This document shows, one piece after another, positions 8,927-19,132 of a stretch of 64,000 bases of DNA; within the stretch, counting starts at the first letter, position 1; each line of letters begins with the position of its first letter. Position numbers and translations under genes: made by a program. The DNA is taken from the IMG/VR virus record IMGVR_UViG_3300023174_009220. One strand, 5' to 3'. Below the pieces are notes generated by a model. The model searched no databases, was not told the DNA's origin, and worked only from the letters and a program-made list of their open reading frames with translations. This stretch comes from an uncultured virus (IMG/VR IMGVR_UViG_3300023174_009220) (taxonomy: Duplodnaviria; Heunggongvirae; Uroviricota; Caudoviricetes).

Positions 8927-10552
8927 TTATAATTTATTAATAATTATTTCCGCCCTCTTTAGGCCCTGTAATATCGAATCAACGTTATCTTTGACTCTCC
9001 AATAATTACACAAATAGTAGTAGGCCCTTGAATCTTCTTCGCTCAAGTTTTCTATAAAACTACTTAGATTCCAAACTGCATTTCGAAAACCTGGGGAATT
9101 ACCTAAAACTTCATCAAGAGATTGGAGTTTTAGAATCACGACTTCAAGGTCTTCGATTGTTTCATAACTATGTTTTGATAATTTCTGATAGAAATTTTGA
9201 CTCATCGATTCTAATATTTTAACTATCTCTAAGAGTTTTTGGGGCTGTATTTGGTCATCTTCATCATCTGAAAAATTAGTCAAATTGAGTTTTACATTTG
9301 ATAAATTTTTAATAACAAGTGCCTTTTTCTTTGCTGTGATGCTAAAAAGTTCGAGGATTTTTTTAGATAACCTCTCAGCTATCTGGTCTTTATCAAAATC
9401 TGATTCAATTAGTAAGTAGTACTCCTGGCAAATATCCTTAAACTTTATAATTAATCTTAAATTCACAAACAAAAAAAGTAGATATCTGTCACCTGAAGAC
9501 CTTGTCACTAATTTTTGTAAATTTGAAATATTTTCAATTATATCTGTTTTTAGAACAAGTGTCTTGGTCCACCTTTCGATATTTTGATTTCTTATTTTTT
9601 CATCACTCCATTCAAGTTTTGATCCTGATTGTTGCTCTTCTCTTCCCGATACGATTTCAGACTTTTTAACAAATCCCCCTGATTTTAGGAAGTTTAAGTC
9701 TAAAACTAAGGCAAAATGGGCATCTCTGATCTCATAAGTTATATCTCTTCTTGAATCGACTTCATAGTTGTTATTTAATGGGACATTCCAGGTAGTAGGA
9801 TCTAGTTCTGAACTATCATCTTCTTTAGGACTAGGCTGCGCAATCGGTTTTATCTGTGAGAAATCTCCCCCAGAAACGTTCCAAGAATATCTACCCCAGT
9901 TTTGCCAATCGGGACTATTTGGCGTTCCGCCATCATATACATTTTGTATACAATAGATATCAGAACCCTCAAAATAAATAACACCAGAAACAAATCCACT
10001 ACTCTGTTTAGTTTTCATAAGAACCGGTTGTAAGTGTTTCAAACTCCTTAATTGACTACTGTTTGTTATTATTAAACCTGTATATGTTTCAGATTTTCTT
10101 AAAACTCCATCTACACCAGTTACTGCAACAAATTGACCTTCTTTTGTGAACCAAAATTTTACTATTTGAACAGATGATTCTGGTTTTTGTTGACCAGTTC
10201 CTTCGCATCCTGGACAGGTGACTTGTCTGGTTCCCGATCCCCATTTACGTTTAATCCTACCAGATTTACAAACTTCACCAGGAATTCCTAAATCTCCGAA
10301 AAATTTAGTAGAGCTACCTTGACAAGGATTTTCTCCAGATTTTTCTATGTTGACGTCCAGTGCCCTTTTGTAAGGCAGATACTGAAACATATCATCAGAA
10401 AATTGTGATATTGGAAAATCATATAATTTACCTAATTTTTTGAGACGTTCTATTAGGTCAGATTTACTATTTTGATTGACATATCCTAAAATTTTAGATA
10501 ATTTTATCGATTGAAAGGCCTCAAATACTTCTAAATACTTTAATCTTTTCAT
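8927..10552 (-). CDS. leader-tagged protein with DnaJ-like Zn-finger motif
   Basis: MKRLKYLEVFE; CPGCEGTG; overlaps upstream gene by ATGA. Confidence 0.65.
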   Translation of the reverse strand: MKRLKYLEVFEAFQSIKLSKILGYVNQNSKSDLIERLKKLGKLYDFPISQFSDDMFQYLPYKRALDVNIEKSGENPCQGSSTKFFGDLGIPGEVCKSGRIKRKWGSGTRQVTCPGCEGTGQQKPESSVQIVKFWFTKEGQFVAVTGVDGVLRKSETYTGLIITNSSQLRSLKHLQPVLMKTKQSSGFVSGVIYFEGSDIYCIQNVYDGGTPNSPDWQNWGRYSWNVSGGDFSQIKPIAQPSPKEDDSSELDPTTWNVPLNNNYEVDSRRDITYEIRDAHFALVLDLNFLKSGGFVKKSEIVSGREEQQSGSKLEWSDEKIRNQNIERWTKTLVLKTDIIENISNLQKLVTRSSGDRYLLFLFVNLRLIIKFKDICQEYYLLIESDFDKDQIAERLSKKILELFSITAKKKALVIKNLSNVKLNLTNFSDDEDDQIQPQKLLEIVKILESMSQNFYQKLSKHSYETIEDLEVVILKLQSLDEVLGNSPGFRNAVWNLSSFIENLSEEDSRAYYYLCNYWRVKDNVDSILQGLKRAEIIINKL

Positions 10553-12210
10553 ATCCGAGGACCTTTAATTTCTACACTGCATCCAGATTTTTTTAAGTCA
10601 CCAAGTAGATTCTTGGTAACTTTATCTGCTGAAATATCACCAGATATAATTAGTTTTTTAAGTTTACAGGTCTCTAAAATTTTTAGTAGTTGTTGCGAGT
10701 CATCAATTGTATAAACTAAGTGCAGTTCTTCTAATTTTTTAAAGTTACTAAAGTCTAATTCACCAGAAACGTCGCAACTATTAATTTGAATCTTTTTAAT
10801 ATCTGGATTAAATTGTGCTAGTTGGTCTAAAATCACAGTCTGGAATTTACACTTATCAAATGCAATTGAATCAGTTTTTATTTTTTTGAATTCTTCCATA
10901 TTTTTGAGATTCAAAAATTTAAACTTTATCCACTCTAATTCTAAATTAATTTCAAAAAAGTTTTCAGGAAGTTTATTTGTCTCGATGACTACTTCTTTTA
11001 TTTTAGCTCCTGGGGATATTCTGACAGTTGACCAATCATAGATAGAATTTAAATACAATATTTTTGTATTAATACCTATTCTTTTTTGAGTAGTGATGCC
11101 AAGCCTGTCCATATAAGGTCTATCCAGTTCATCTGCAAAGTCAATGTCTGGGGCATAGACATAATTCGGTCTATCATCTTCACTGAAAGAAGATTTATTT
11201 CCAGAATACTTAGTCACTATGGTGTCGAAAATATCTTTCATTCTATCTGGATAAGCTCTGTCAAAAAATGTTTCTCCACCACCATCTGGTTTTTCAATGT
11301 TTCTTATGATCATTCTACAAAGAGGTAATTTGTCCGATATTTTTTCATCATTCCAAAAAATAGGGGTATCAAAAACCAGAATTGCTGGAATCGAATTTGG
11401 ATCGAAGACATTGCCTAACAGCTGATTTCTATATCCACCGGTGTAGAGATGTTGACAAGAAGAATAAAATTTTGAAATTGACATATTCAAGATATCTTTA
11501 GGATTGTGATTAATTTCTAAATAGATGTCTCTTCCAAAAATTTGATATTCATATTTATAGTCTGGATTTTGATTATCTTTAGCCAAGTTTCTTAATTGTG
11601 AAAGGTTTCGATTACTGCTAAAATTAACATTTATAGCCTCTCCCTGATAACACCGATTGAAGTCATCTACAAACGTGTTGATGTTTACTAAATTATTGGT
11701 GAATATTGGATCTCCTGGTTTTTTTTGAGTTCTTAACATATTTCCCTCTTCATCTCTGATTGGCCGGCCCCTTTCATCTTTTTGTATCATCTCAGAGGCT
11801 TGTGTTTCTGAGATGGCCAATTTTCTAAATACGTTTTCAAAAATAAAAACAATTTGGTCGATTGTTGGGGCTAATACATTAAAATTATCCATAACGGCCG
11901 CCTGCTCAGTTGATAATAATTCTAAATTAATCGACTGTGAAATAATCGAATTAAATTTATCACCCAATCCACTAAAGAGTTCCATAACATTTTTCATATC
12001 ACAATCAAAAAATGCTGAAAGCACGGACAACTTATCCTCTTCATCTAATTTCCACTTACCCTGTATAATATTTTCAGTTGGTTTGACTTCTTCATAATCA
12101 AGGAATTTCTCACCCCATTTTTTTGACACTTCCTGTGCTTGCTTTTTAAGTAACACATCTCTTAACTTGGCTTCGTTTAAGAATTGATTTCTTGTTTTTA
12201 TCCATTTCAT
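10549..12210 (-). CDS. leader-tagged protein with SC/DRxY/PYMD domain and LRR-like C-terminus
   Basis: MKWIKTRNQFLNE; YSSCQHL...CRMIIR...FFDRAYP...RPYMD; C-term LEELHL, LKKLII. Confidence 0.6.
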   Translation of the reverse strand: MKWIKTRNQFLNEAKLRDVLLKKQAQEVSKKWGEKFLDYEEVKPTENIIQGKWKLDEEDKLSVLSAFFDCDMKNVMELFSGLGDKFNSIISQSINLELLSTEQAAVMDNFNVLAPTIDQIVFIFENVFRKLAISETQASEMIQKDERGRPIRDEEGNMLRTQKKPGDPIFTNNLVNINTFVDDFNRCYQGEAINVNFSSNRNLSQLRNLAKDNQNPDYKYEYQIFGRDIYLEINHNPKDILNMSISKFYSSCQHLYTGGYRNQLLGNVFDPNSIPAILVFDTPIFWNDEKISDKLPLCRMIIRNIEKPDGGGETFFDRAYPDRMKDIFDTIVTKYSGNKSSFSEDDRPNYVYAPDIDFADELDRPYMDRLGITTQKRIGINTKILYLNSIYDWSTVRISPGAKIKEVVIETNKLPENFFEINLELEWIKFKFLNLKNMEEFKKIKTDSIAFDKCKFQTVILDQLAQFNPDIKKIQINSCDVSGELDFSNFKKLEELHLVYTIDDSQQLLKILETCKLKKLIISGDISADKVTKNLLGDLKKSGCSVEIKGPRI

Positions 12211-12275
12211 AAGTTATATATTATTTCTTTTCAACAAATTTTTATTCTACAATACTATATAGTAAACTTATCGAC

Positions 12276-12887
12276 ATGAAATTTCAATTTAAACTATTCA
12301 ATTTTTTTGGAAAACCTGTGGAGTTATCTATCTGGTTTTTTCTACTTCTACTTTTTCTAAGCACTAAGGCTGTTTTTCTGATTTTTATATCGGTTTTAGT
12401 TCATGAAATGGCACATGTTTTAATTGCTACAAAACTTGGCTATAAGACTTTTGGAATAAAAATAGATATTCTGTTTGGCTCGGCTAAAATTCAACAAAAT
12501 ATACCAGCTAAAGACGACATCAAAATTGTGTTGGCCGGTCCAATATCGAATCTAATTTTATTTTTGATAAGTATTATTTTACTATCAATATGGCCAAGTA
12601 ATATCCTATCAACCTTAGTTTATATTAACCTATTTATGTTTTTGTTAAATATGTTACCCATTTTCCCCTTAGATGGCGGAAGGGTAGTAAGAGATATCTT
12701 ATTTTGTTTAGCAAAGCCCCAAATAGCCGTTAAGATTTCAGCGGTCTCTTCTCTGATATTTTCACTAACCGGTCTTTATTTTTCAATCGCTTATTCGATT
12801 CCTGTCGTTGTTGTTTTTTGTTTATTGTTTATTTACAATTCTTTTTGTGATTTAGGTATTATCAAAACACAATCTCAGATTATTTAA
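12276..12887 (+). CDS. M50 site-2 intramembrane metalloprotease
   Basis: HEMAH, AGPISN, NMLPIFPLDGG; hydrophobic. Confidence 0.9.
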   Translation: MKFQFKLFNFFGKPVELSIWFFLLLLFLSTKAVFLIFISVLVHEMAHVLIATKLGYKTFGIKIDILFGSAKIQQNIPAKDDIKIVLAGPISNLILFLISIILLSIWPSNILSTLVYINLFMFLLNMLPIFPLDGGRVVRDILFCLAKPQIAVKISAVSSLIFSLTGLYFSIAYSIPVVVVFCLLFIYNSFCDLGIIKTQSQII

Positions 12888-12902
12888 AAAATATATACTA
12901 GT

Positions 12903-13085
12903 ATGTGCGATTCAAAAAGGCTTAAAATTGAAGATTTAATAGAAGGAGTGGATTTCCACTGGGAAGAAATTTCCGGGGTCAAACTCAGAGTTTTCACAAA
13001 AGAATATTTAGAAATGATAAGACCCAATTGTTGTAAATCGGGTTGTAGAAATTGCCCGTGGGGTTTCAAAAAGAATGAAAAATAA
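12903..13085 (+). CDS. small Cys-rich protein (DUF5522-like)
   Basis: FTKEYL...CCKSGCRNCPW. Confidence 0.7.
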   Translation: MCDSKRLKIEDLIEGVDFHWEEISGVKLRVFTKEYLEMIRPNCCKSGCRNCPWGFKKNEK

Positions 13086-13113
13086 AAAAACCCACCAGAT
13101 GGTGGGTTTTTTT
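13084..13113. terminator. bidirectional intrinsic terminator
   Basis: A7-CCCACCA-GA-TGGTGGG-T7 between convergent genes. Confidence 0.85.
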
Positions 13114-13128
13114 ATTAAAATGAAAATA

Positions 13129-13401
13129 TTAGTTTACATTTTTTGACAATTCAGTTCCTGGTTTAAACTTTGGAACTTTTTTTGCCGGGATTTCAAGTGT
13201 TTGACCAGTTTTTGGATTTCTTCCTCTACGAGCTTCTCTTTGAGAAGTTGTAAATGTTCCAAAACCAACTAGCGTAACTTTTTCACCACTCTTTAATGAT
13301 TCTGAAATTGTTTCAATAACTACATCGATCACTTGGTTGGATTTGGTTTTAGTTAGTCCAGTTTTTTCTGATACAGAATTTACTAAATCTGCTTTATTCA
13401 T
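13129..13401 (-). CDS. hup: HU DNA-binding protein
   Basis: MNKADL...VGFGTF...GRNPKTG...PKFKPG. Confidence 0.95.
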   Translation of the reverse strand: MNKADLVNSVSEKTGLTKTKSNQVIDVVIETISESLKSGEKVTLVGFGTFTTSQREARRGRNPKTGQTLEIPAKKVPKFKPGTELSKNVN

Positions 13402-13578
13402 CTTTTTTTGGATAATTTTTATTACGATTTTACTCGTATGCTAATTATACAAAGTTGTGGATATTAAGTTTAATAAAGATGTATCAATCAAAAAAAAATT
13501 ATTATATTTACAAGTAGAATATATAATCTACAAACTTTGTCAGTTATTTGAATAAAAATAAAAAAATAAAAAATAAAA

Positions 13579-13854
13579 ATGGAACCAACTAATCACGAGA
13601 TATCCGTATTCTTAAATGAGCCACAATTTACTAAACTATGTAAACTGGGGTATATTTTAGAGGTATCTCCAAAGAGTGGCACAAATTATCTTCATTTTAG
13701 TAAGTCCGATATTAAATCTTTGATTTCAGGAACTGAAGTCTTAAAAACTTTAGACGACACCGAACTTAGATTTGTTATCGCAAGAATTGATAATGAAACT
13801 ATCACAGAAATTGTCAAAAGAAGCCCTATTTATTACGAACTAATTAATATCTAA
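13579..13854 (+). CDS. hypothetical protein
   Basis: 91-aa ORF with A-rich leader. Confidence 0.6.
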   Translation: MEPTNHEISVFLNEPQFTKLCKLGYILEVSPKSGTNYLHFSKSDIKSLISGTEVLKTLDDTELRFVIARIDNETITEIVKRSPIYYELINI

Positions 13855-13857
13855 ATT

Positions 13858-14814
13858 ATGAATTTTACTCCTGCTTTTATTCGTCAAAATATCAGATTTT
13901 ACGAAGAAGCAAAAGAAATATTTCCACTAATCTCACAATATGAAAAAGGTGAAGTAAATATGAGCTCACTAATGAGACTAAGGCTTGGAGATTTTGCTGA
14001 ATTCCACAATTTTGTTAAAGCCCAAAAAGCTCTTGGTTTTGAACTAGATGTGGTAATTAAGTGGCGAAAATTAAAAAAGATACTAATCGAAAACACGCAA
14101 AATTCTAGATTTAAGGATTATATTTCTAAGAGGACCGAAAAGGAGTTTATCTTATTACTTACCGAAAACACAAAAATTTTTGATAGATTACTTAATGGTA
14201 GAATCTTGAGAAAATCAACTAGAAGAAGCCATGAAAAAAGGAGCTATGAAAAATGTGAAGGCCTATCGATATCTGCTGTTGCAATCATTAATTATTTGAT
14301 TTCAAGTGGTTTGGACGAAAAAACAAAATCTAAAGCCTTTGAGACCTTAGAATCGCAATCTATTTATCGAAATCGCATAAAATGGTATGTCTCAAATAAT
14401 CCTGGTTCAAAACTTAGTATTTTAGAACTGGCTATTTCAAAAATACCCAAACAGGAAGTTAAAATATCAACGGTAATGGTAAACTCGATTTCTGATTTTA
14501 TCAAATCATCTGACGTAGATTTTAGAAAATTAAATTCAGAATTTTTAATTGAAGTGGTAGCTCAAAAAATAAAGGATTTAATGCAAATTCCAATCGGTAC
14601 TAATATCAGGTGCCAAAAAACTTATACTAATTACGGAAAAGTTGAACTAAGTGAAGGTAATATGTATCAGGTGATTACATCAAACACTTCTAATGGATTT
14701 TTAAGGGTGTGTGTATTAAATGATTTGGATCAATCTTCTTACTATGAATACTCTTTATTCGAAGATATGTCGGTTTTAAGAGACTCGATATTTAAAGAAT
14801 TAGGTATCACTTAA
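13858..14814 (+). CDS. hypothetical protein with C-terminal tag
   Basis: 318 aa ending SVLRDSIFKELGIT. Confidence 0.7.
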   Translation: MNFTPAFIRQNIRFYEEAKEIFPLISQYEKGEVNMSSLMRLRLGDFAEFHNFVKAQKALGFELDVVIKWRKLKKILIENTQNSRFKDYISKRTEKEFILLLTENTKIFDRLLNGRILRKSTRRSHEKRSYEKCEGLSISAVAIINYLISSGLDEKTKSKAFETLESQSIYRNRIKWYVSNNPGSKLSILELAISKIPKQEVKISTVMVNSISDFIKSSDVDFRKLNSEFLIEVVAQKIKDLMQIPIGTNIRCQKTYTNYGKVELSEGNMYQVITSNTSNGFLRVCVLNDLDQSSYYEYSLFEDMSVLRDSIFKELGIT

Positions 14815-15283
14815 TTAAAATCACCTTAAATTTTGTATAATCAAACCAAATTTTGTTAGAAACTTCATCAATAACCACTGTGTTCAAACTGCCAATTATA
14901 ATCAGATTGTCTAATTTAATTAATTTTTTATCAGGTAGTTCTACGCCAAATTGAAGAAATTTATCACTAATATTTTTTGACACCAGATAAAACTCTGAGT
15001 CAATTTTAGATATTTTATTTTGTAATTTCTTTTTAAAGACTCTAAATAACAATCGGTTTATCCAGTTAAACTTTGGGATAACCAAATTTGACTTCGGAGA
15101 TAATTGTATTATTTTTTTTATAATATCTCTATCTAATTCAAAAAGATGAACAGTTTGTTTATTACGGTCTATGATTATTTCACCACCTACTTTTTTGGTC
15201 AAACTGGTTTCGATTATAAAAGGATTTTTATCAGCAATAATAACCGGGTCAAAAATTTCAGAGATTTGGGCTAAGTCAACCAT
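14807..15283 (-). CDS. hypothetical protein
   Basis: 158-aa ORF. Confidence 0.6.
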   Translation of the reverse strand: MVDLAQISEIFDPVIIADKNPFIIETSLTKKVGGEIIIDRNKQTVHLFELDRDIIKKIIQLSPKSNLVIPKFNWINRLLFRVFKKKLQNKISKIDSEFYLVSKNISDKFLQFGVELPDKKLIKLDNLIIIGSLNTVVIDEVSNKIWFDYTKFKVILIK

Positions 15284-15293
15284 AAACTTTTTA

Positions 15294-15839
15294 TTACTTC
15301 TGAGTAATTTGGTTTAAGCGGTTTGTGTAAATCTGGATTAATTTTTGCTTTGTCTCAGTGGTTAAATTAGATTCTAAAGTAAGATTTATATAATCTCTTA
15401 CAGTTTTATCATTTTGTAATTTTTCGATTCCATCCTCGACAAATTGACAAAGTAAAGATTCATCTGACCATCTTTCAACAAGATTATTGAATTTATTTCT
15501 ATTTTGTAATAGAATTTTTTCTTCAAACATAGAGTCTATTTTTTTGTCTATCAATTCCCAGTCTCCGGTTTCTAATCTTAGATCTTCTAATAACTTAATT
15601 TGCGACTTGCTATTTGATTCAGAAATCAAGTCCATGATGGCATCTGCTAGCATTTCTTTTCCGGCTATTTTAATTAAACCGGCTCTTTGGTATCTATCTA
15701 CAGGCCCATAGGTTCTAATGGTTAGAAACTGGTCAATTAAAAACATAATCTTATCTTTGATGGTGACATTGTTGGCTGGTGTGTTAACTTGAGGCTTCTC
15801 TGAAACTTTTACACCAGCGACTTTACTAAATTTCTTCAT
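15294..15839 (-). CDS. hypothetical protein; start likely MKKFSK at 15839
   Basis: AATATATA box near 15865-15872 (-) lies inside the track's longer ORF. Confidence 0.6.
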   Translation of the reverse strand: MKKFSKVAGVKVSEKPQVNTPANNVTIKDKIMFLIDQFLTIRTYGPVDRYQRAGLIKIAGKEMLADAIMDLISESNSKSQIKLLEDLRLETGDWELIDKKIDSMFEEKILLQNRNKFNNLVERWSDESLLCQFVEDGIEKLQNDKTVRDYINLTLESNLTTETKQKLIQIYTNRLNQITQK

Positions 15840-15911
15840 TGTTAATAATTTATATTTATAACGGTATATATTAAAATCTAAACCTCTAAAAGATAAAATC
15901 ATATAATTGTT

Positions 15912-16322
15912 ATGATTAAATATTTTTCAATTATTCTACTATTTTTTTTGACTTCAAATTTTAAAACCAAATCTACTACACCAATTCAAAACGCCGACTC
16001 TACAACAAATTCAGACAGTTTGTTTTTTAAAAAAGTAGGCCTTACTCATCGAGCCACTTGGTACAATCCACACGGGGCTAAAACCGCCTCTGGTCTTAGA
16101 TTTCATAAAGATTCACTGACCTGTGCTTATAATTTTTTACCATTTGGAACACTACTAAAGGTTACAAACGCCGCCACCGGGCTAAGTGTTATTGTAAAGG
16201 TGACAGACAGAATGGGAATAAAATCTAAAAACCACATTGATCTAAGCAAATGTGCTTTTGATTCAATTGCTAATATAAGGTCTGGTGTTGTTAAAGTCGA
16301 AGTTTTCAAGAAAGTTAAATAA
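15912..16322 (+). CDS. rlpA: RlpA-like (DPBB) lytic transglycosylase
   Basis: Signal peptide; ATWY, TASG, LPFGTLLKVTN, VKVTDR, IDLS. Confidence 0.85.
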   Translation: MIKYFSIILLFFLTSNFKTKSTTPIQNADSTTNSDSLFFKKVGLTHRATWYNPHGAKTASGLRFHKDSLTCAYNFLPFGTLLKVTNAATGLSVIVKVTDRMGIKSKNHIDLSKCAFDSIANIRSGVVKVEVFKKVK

Positions 16323-16329
16323 CCACTTA

Positions 16330-17520
16330 TCACTTTTTATAGTCGATTTTTGGACTCGGTTTTATCACTAATTTATCGTACAGTTCTCTATTTACGATAT
16401 AGTCTCCTGGTTTTTTGCCACTAATTTTTGCCATAAGAGGATTGATACTATCATCTTGGCAAAAGTCATAGAGTTTAACTAATTTTTTAATCATTTTATC
16501 TGCTTCAAAATTAAGCTTTTTTTGCCAGAATATAAAAAATTCATCAACACTGCTAAAAATTCTATTATCCAAATAATTAGAAAAAAGTTGCTTCTGGGTT
16601 GGATAATTATGATCAATTAGCTCTACCATGTTTTTTGCCATACCTTCTGTGATGATTTCAATTGCTATACTCATCACTACTTTAACTACATCTAAATCAG
16701 ACTCAGTAGGGGGTATCGAGGTAAACCTCTTTCTAAGTTCACTAATGTCAGCTAGGAGTTCATCCTTTAGGCCCTGATAACTAAACGACTGTATTAATTT
16801 TAATTCCTTCCATAATCTTGTAGATTGAACATAGTTGCTAAATTCCGACTTTTTGATACCTAATTGTGTAATGTTTGCTGCCATTTCAGATGGCCTAACT
16901 AAATTTTCAGATTTAGACACTACATAAAGATAATATAACATTGTATCAATAGCTTCAAAACCGGTTCTTGTTTTAGTCCAGGTCTTATAGTCTGATATGT
17001 CAGTTATAATTTGTTTTCCTTTGATATATTTATCATAAACATGTTTTAATTCATGGGTAATAACCATAATAGTAAAATCTTTATCAGATTTGAGATATTG
17101 AGAAATCTCACTAAAATAAGCAGATTTTGGACACGCTAATATCATAGTCATATCTATGTTATTTCTCTGTGTTATGTCGTGATATACTTCAAAATCACCC
17201 TCAGAAGTAGGTATAGTCGATACTCCCCAAGAAATACACTCAACCTCACTTATAGTGTCATCGAAAATGATTTTAACGGTCAAAATTATGTCATTAAATT
17301 CTAAATCACCGATTTTGAACTGATGTTTTATGTCGACTTCAAATTCAAACTCCGGATTTAGTAGCACTTGTTTTAATGATAATTTTCCCCATAACTGATA
17401 ATCTTGATTTGTGGTTAAATTTGATAAAATTAACTGATATATTTGCTTTGCTGAATCGATTATTCTATCTGGAACACCTAACCTCTCGTTTACAAAACCT
17501 AAATATTTTTTAATTTTCAT
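16330..17520 (-). CDS. leader-tagged protein with HExxH zincin motif
   Basis: MKIKKYLGFVNE; ITHELKHVYD; TAATATATA upstream. Confidence 0.6.
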   Translation of the reverse strand: MKIKKYLGFVNERLGVPDRIIDSAKQIYQLILSNLTTNQDYQLWGKLSLKQVLLNPEFEFEVDIKHQFKIGDLEFNDIILTVKIIFDDTISEVECISWGVSTIPTSEGDFEVYHDITQRNNIDMTMILACPKSAYFSEISQYLKSDKDFTIMVITHELKHVYDKYIKGKQIITDISDYKTWTKTRTGFEAIDTMLYYLYVVSKSENLVRPSEMAANITQLGIKKSEFSNYVQSTRLWKELKLIQSFSYQGLKDELLADISELRKRFTSIPPTESDLDVVKVVMSIAIEIITEGMAKNMVELIDHNYPTQKQLFSNYLDNRIFSSVDEFFIFWQKKLNFEADKMIKKLVKLYDFCQDDSINPLMAKISGKKPGDYIVNRELYDKLVIKPSPKIDYKK

Positions 17521-17546
17521 AATTTATATATTAATTACTTTTAACT

Positions 17547-17576
17547 AAAAAACCCGAATCTTAGATTCGGGTTTTT
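17547..17576. terminator. intrinsic terminator
   Basis: A6-CCCGAATC-TTA-GATTCGGG-T5. Confidence 0.85.
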
Positions 17577-17595
17577 ATATTTAATCAGTCTTAGA

Positions 17596-17811
17596 TTATA
17601 TTTTTCCCTTAAATTCTTGAACATCATTTCTGATCTCCTGTGATAGTTTTTTGATTTCTTGCATGATTTTTCTAATTCTTGTTCCAGCCGTTTTGTTTGA
17701 TCTTATAAAAAACTTCTCAAAATCTTCGCTTAAACTAACCATTTTACCATCAATTTCTACTTGCTCAGTAATCAACTTTACTAAAGCATCGTATTTGTCT
17801 AGATAATCCAT
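17596..17811 (-). CDS. histone H1-like (Hc1-type) protein
   Basis: DFEKFF..SNKTAGTRIRKIMQEIKKL..EIR. Confidence 0.75.
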   Translation of the reverse strand: MDYLDKYDALVKLITEQVEIDGKMVSLSEDFEKFFIRSNKTAGTRIRKIMQEIKKLSQEIRNDVQEFKGKI

Positions 17812-17855
17812 AATAACAATTTTTTTTAGTATATATTAAAATTGAATTCCCAAAA

Positions 17856-18659
17856 TTAGTAGTTCTTAATTAAAACTTCTTTAGATTCCTTTTTACCCAC
17901 TCGTGATACTTTATTATAGTCAAATTTGAATTCAACTACTTTATAGCCATCTGACACTAATTTATCTAATAACAGACAGGGTTTTCCATCATGTAAAAGT
18001 GTACCAGACACAGCAAAAGAACAACCCAATTGGTCATATTTCTTAAGACAATTATAAAGTTTTATATCATCATCTTTCTTCCAGAAAGCATTATACCCAG
18101 CTTCTGTGTTTGAGTATGGCGGATCGGCATATATCATCACTTTATCTGAATTTATCTCTACATCTATGAATTGCTTGGAGGCGAATTTAATTTTATGACC
18201 CCATTGACGGATGTATTTTGTGAAATTTTCTACTTTAGTTTGTGTTGAACTATTCCAAGTTCTTTTACCGAAGGTTTGGTTAAATTTGAATTTCTGATTA
18301 AACCTCATCATATTTGATGTGCAGGACAGCATTAAAGCCCAAAGTTTATCAGGTGATGGATTTTGATTATAATTATCTCTTAGCATAAGAAAAGCACTTT
18401 GATCTGTCTTATCAGGACAAATTGATTTGGTCTTTTCTATAATTTCATCGCCTTCTAAGAGAGATTTATGTATACCAACGAGATCTTCAATTATATCATT
18501 TGCTATTACCTTTTGGTATTTATCGACTACGTTAGTATAAACGGATCCACCACCCATAAATAAATCAACAAAGTAAGGTTTGGTGTAATCAAATTCTGGA
18601 AGTAACTGTGTCAGAAGTTTATGTTTTGACCCAGTATAATTGAAAGGGGTCTCAATCAT
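17856..18659 (-). CDS. dam: D12-class (Dam-like) N6-adenine DNA methyltransferase
   Basis: FNYTGSK, DLFMGGGSV, YADPPY, EVLIKNY. Confidence 0.9.
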   Translation of the reverse strand: MIETPFNYTGSKHKLLTQLLPEFDYTKPYFVDLFMGGGSVYTNVVDKYQKVIANDIIEDLVGIHKSLLEGDEIIEKTKSICPDKTDQSAFLMLRDNYNQNPSPDKLWALMLSCTSNMMRFNQKFKFNQTFGKRTWNSSTQTKVENFTKYIRQWGHKIKFASKQFIDVEINSDKVMIYADPPYSNTEAGYNAFWKKDDDIKLYNCLKKYDQLGCSFAVSGTLLHDGKPCLLLDKLVSDGYKVVEFKFDYNKVSRVGKKESKEVLIKNY

Positions 18660-19132
18660 TGGTTTTTGAGTTTAATAAGTTCGTTGTAGAGTATCTCTTC
18701 GTCTCCTGGTGAATAGTTGTTATGGCTATAAACAATTTTACCAGTAGAATCGGTCAAAAAGGTGTGGGGAACATTATTCACACCCATTAGCCTCTTAAAG
18801 TCGCTATTTGGGTCTAACAATATCAAAAAGCCCCAACCTTTACCCCGTGTATAAACAGTCACGGATGATAGGGTTTTTTGGTCATCAATCGATACAGCAA
18901 TTAGTGTCACGCCGGTTTCTGATTGCCAGTCTTCATAGACTTCACTAATAGCACTTAATTCTTTTTTACAGGGTGAGCACCAAGTTGCCCAAAAACTCCA
19001 AATAATCGGACCCCTAACCCCAATACTATCTGTCTTAAAGGTTTTACCATCAATAGATTTCAGTTCAACCTTTGGGATTTGTGACCACAAATTTGAAAAT
19101 ATCAGTAGGAAAAATGCAGTTAAAATTCTCAT
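18656..19132 (-). CDS. TlpA-family thiol-disulfide oxidoreductase
   Basis: Signal peptide; FWATWCSPC; VPHTF. Confidence 0.9.
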   Translation of the reverse strand: MRILTAFFLLIFSNLWSQIPKVELKSIDGKTFKTDSIGVRGPIIWSFWATWCSPCKKELSAISEVYEDWQSETGVTLIAVSIDDQKTLSSVTVYTRGKGWGFLILLDPNSDFKRLMGVNNVPHTFLTDSTGKIVYSHNNYSPGDEEILYNELIKLKNQ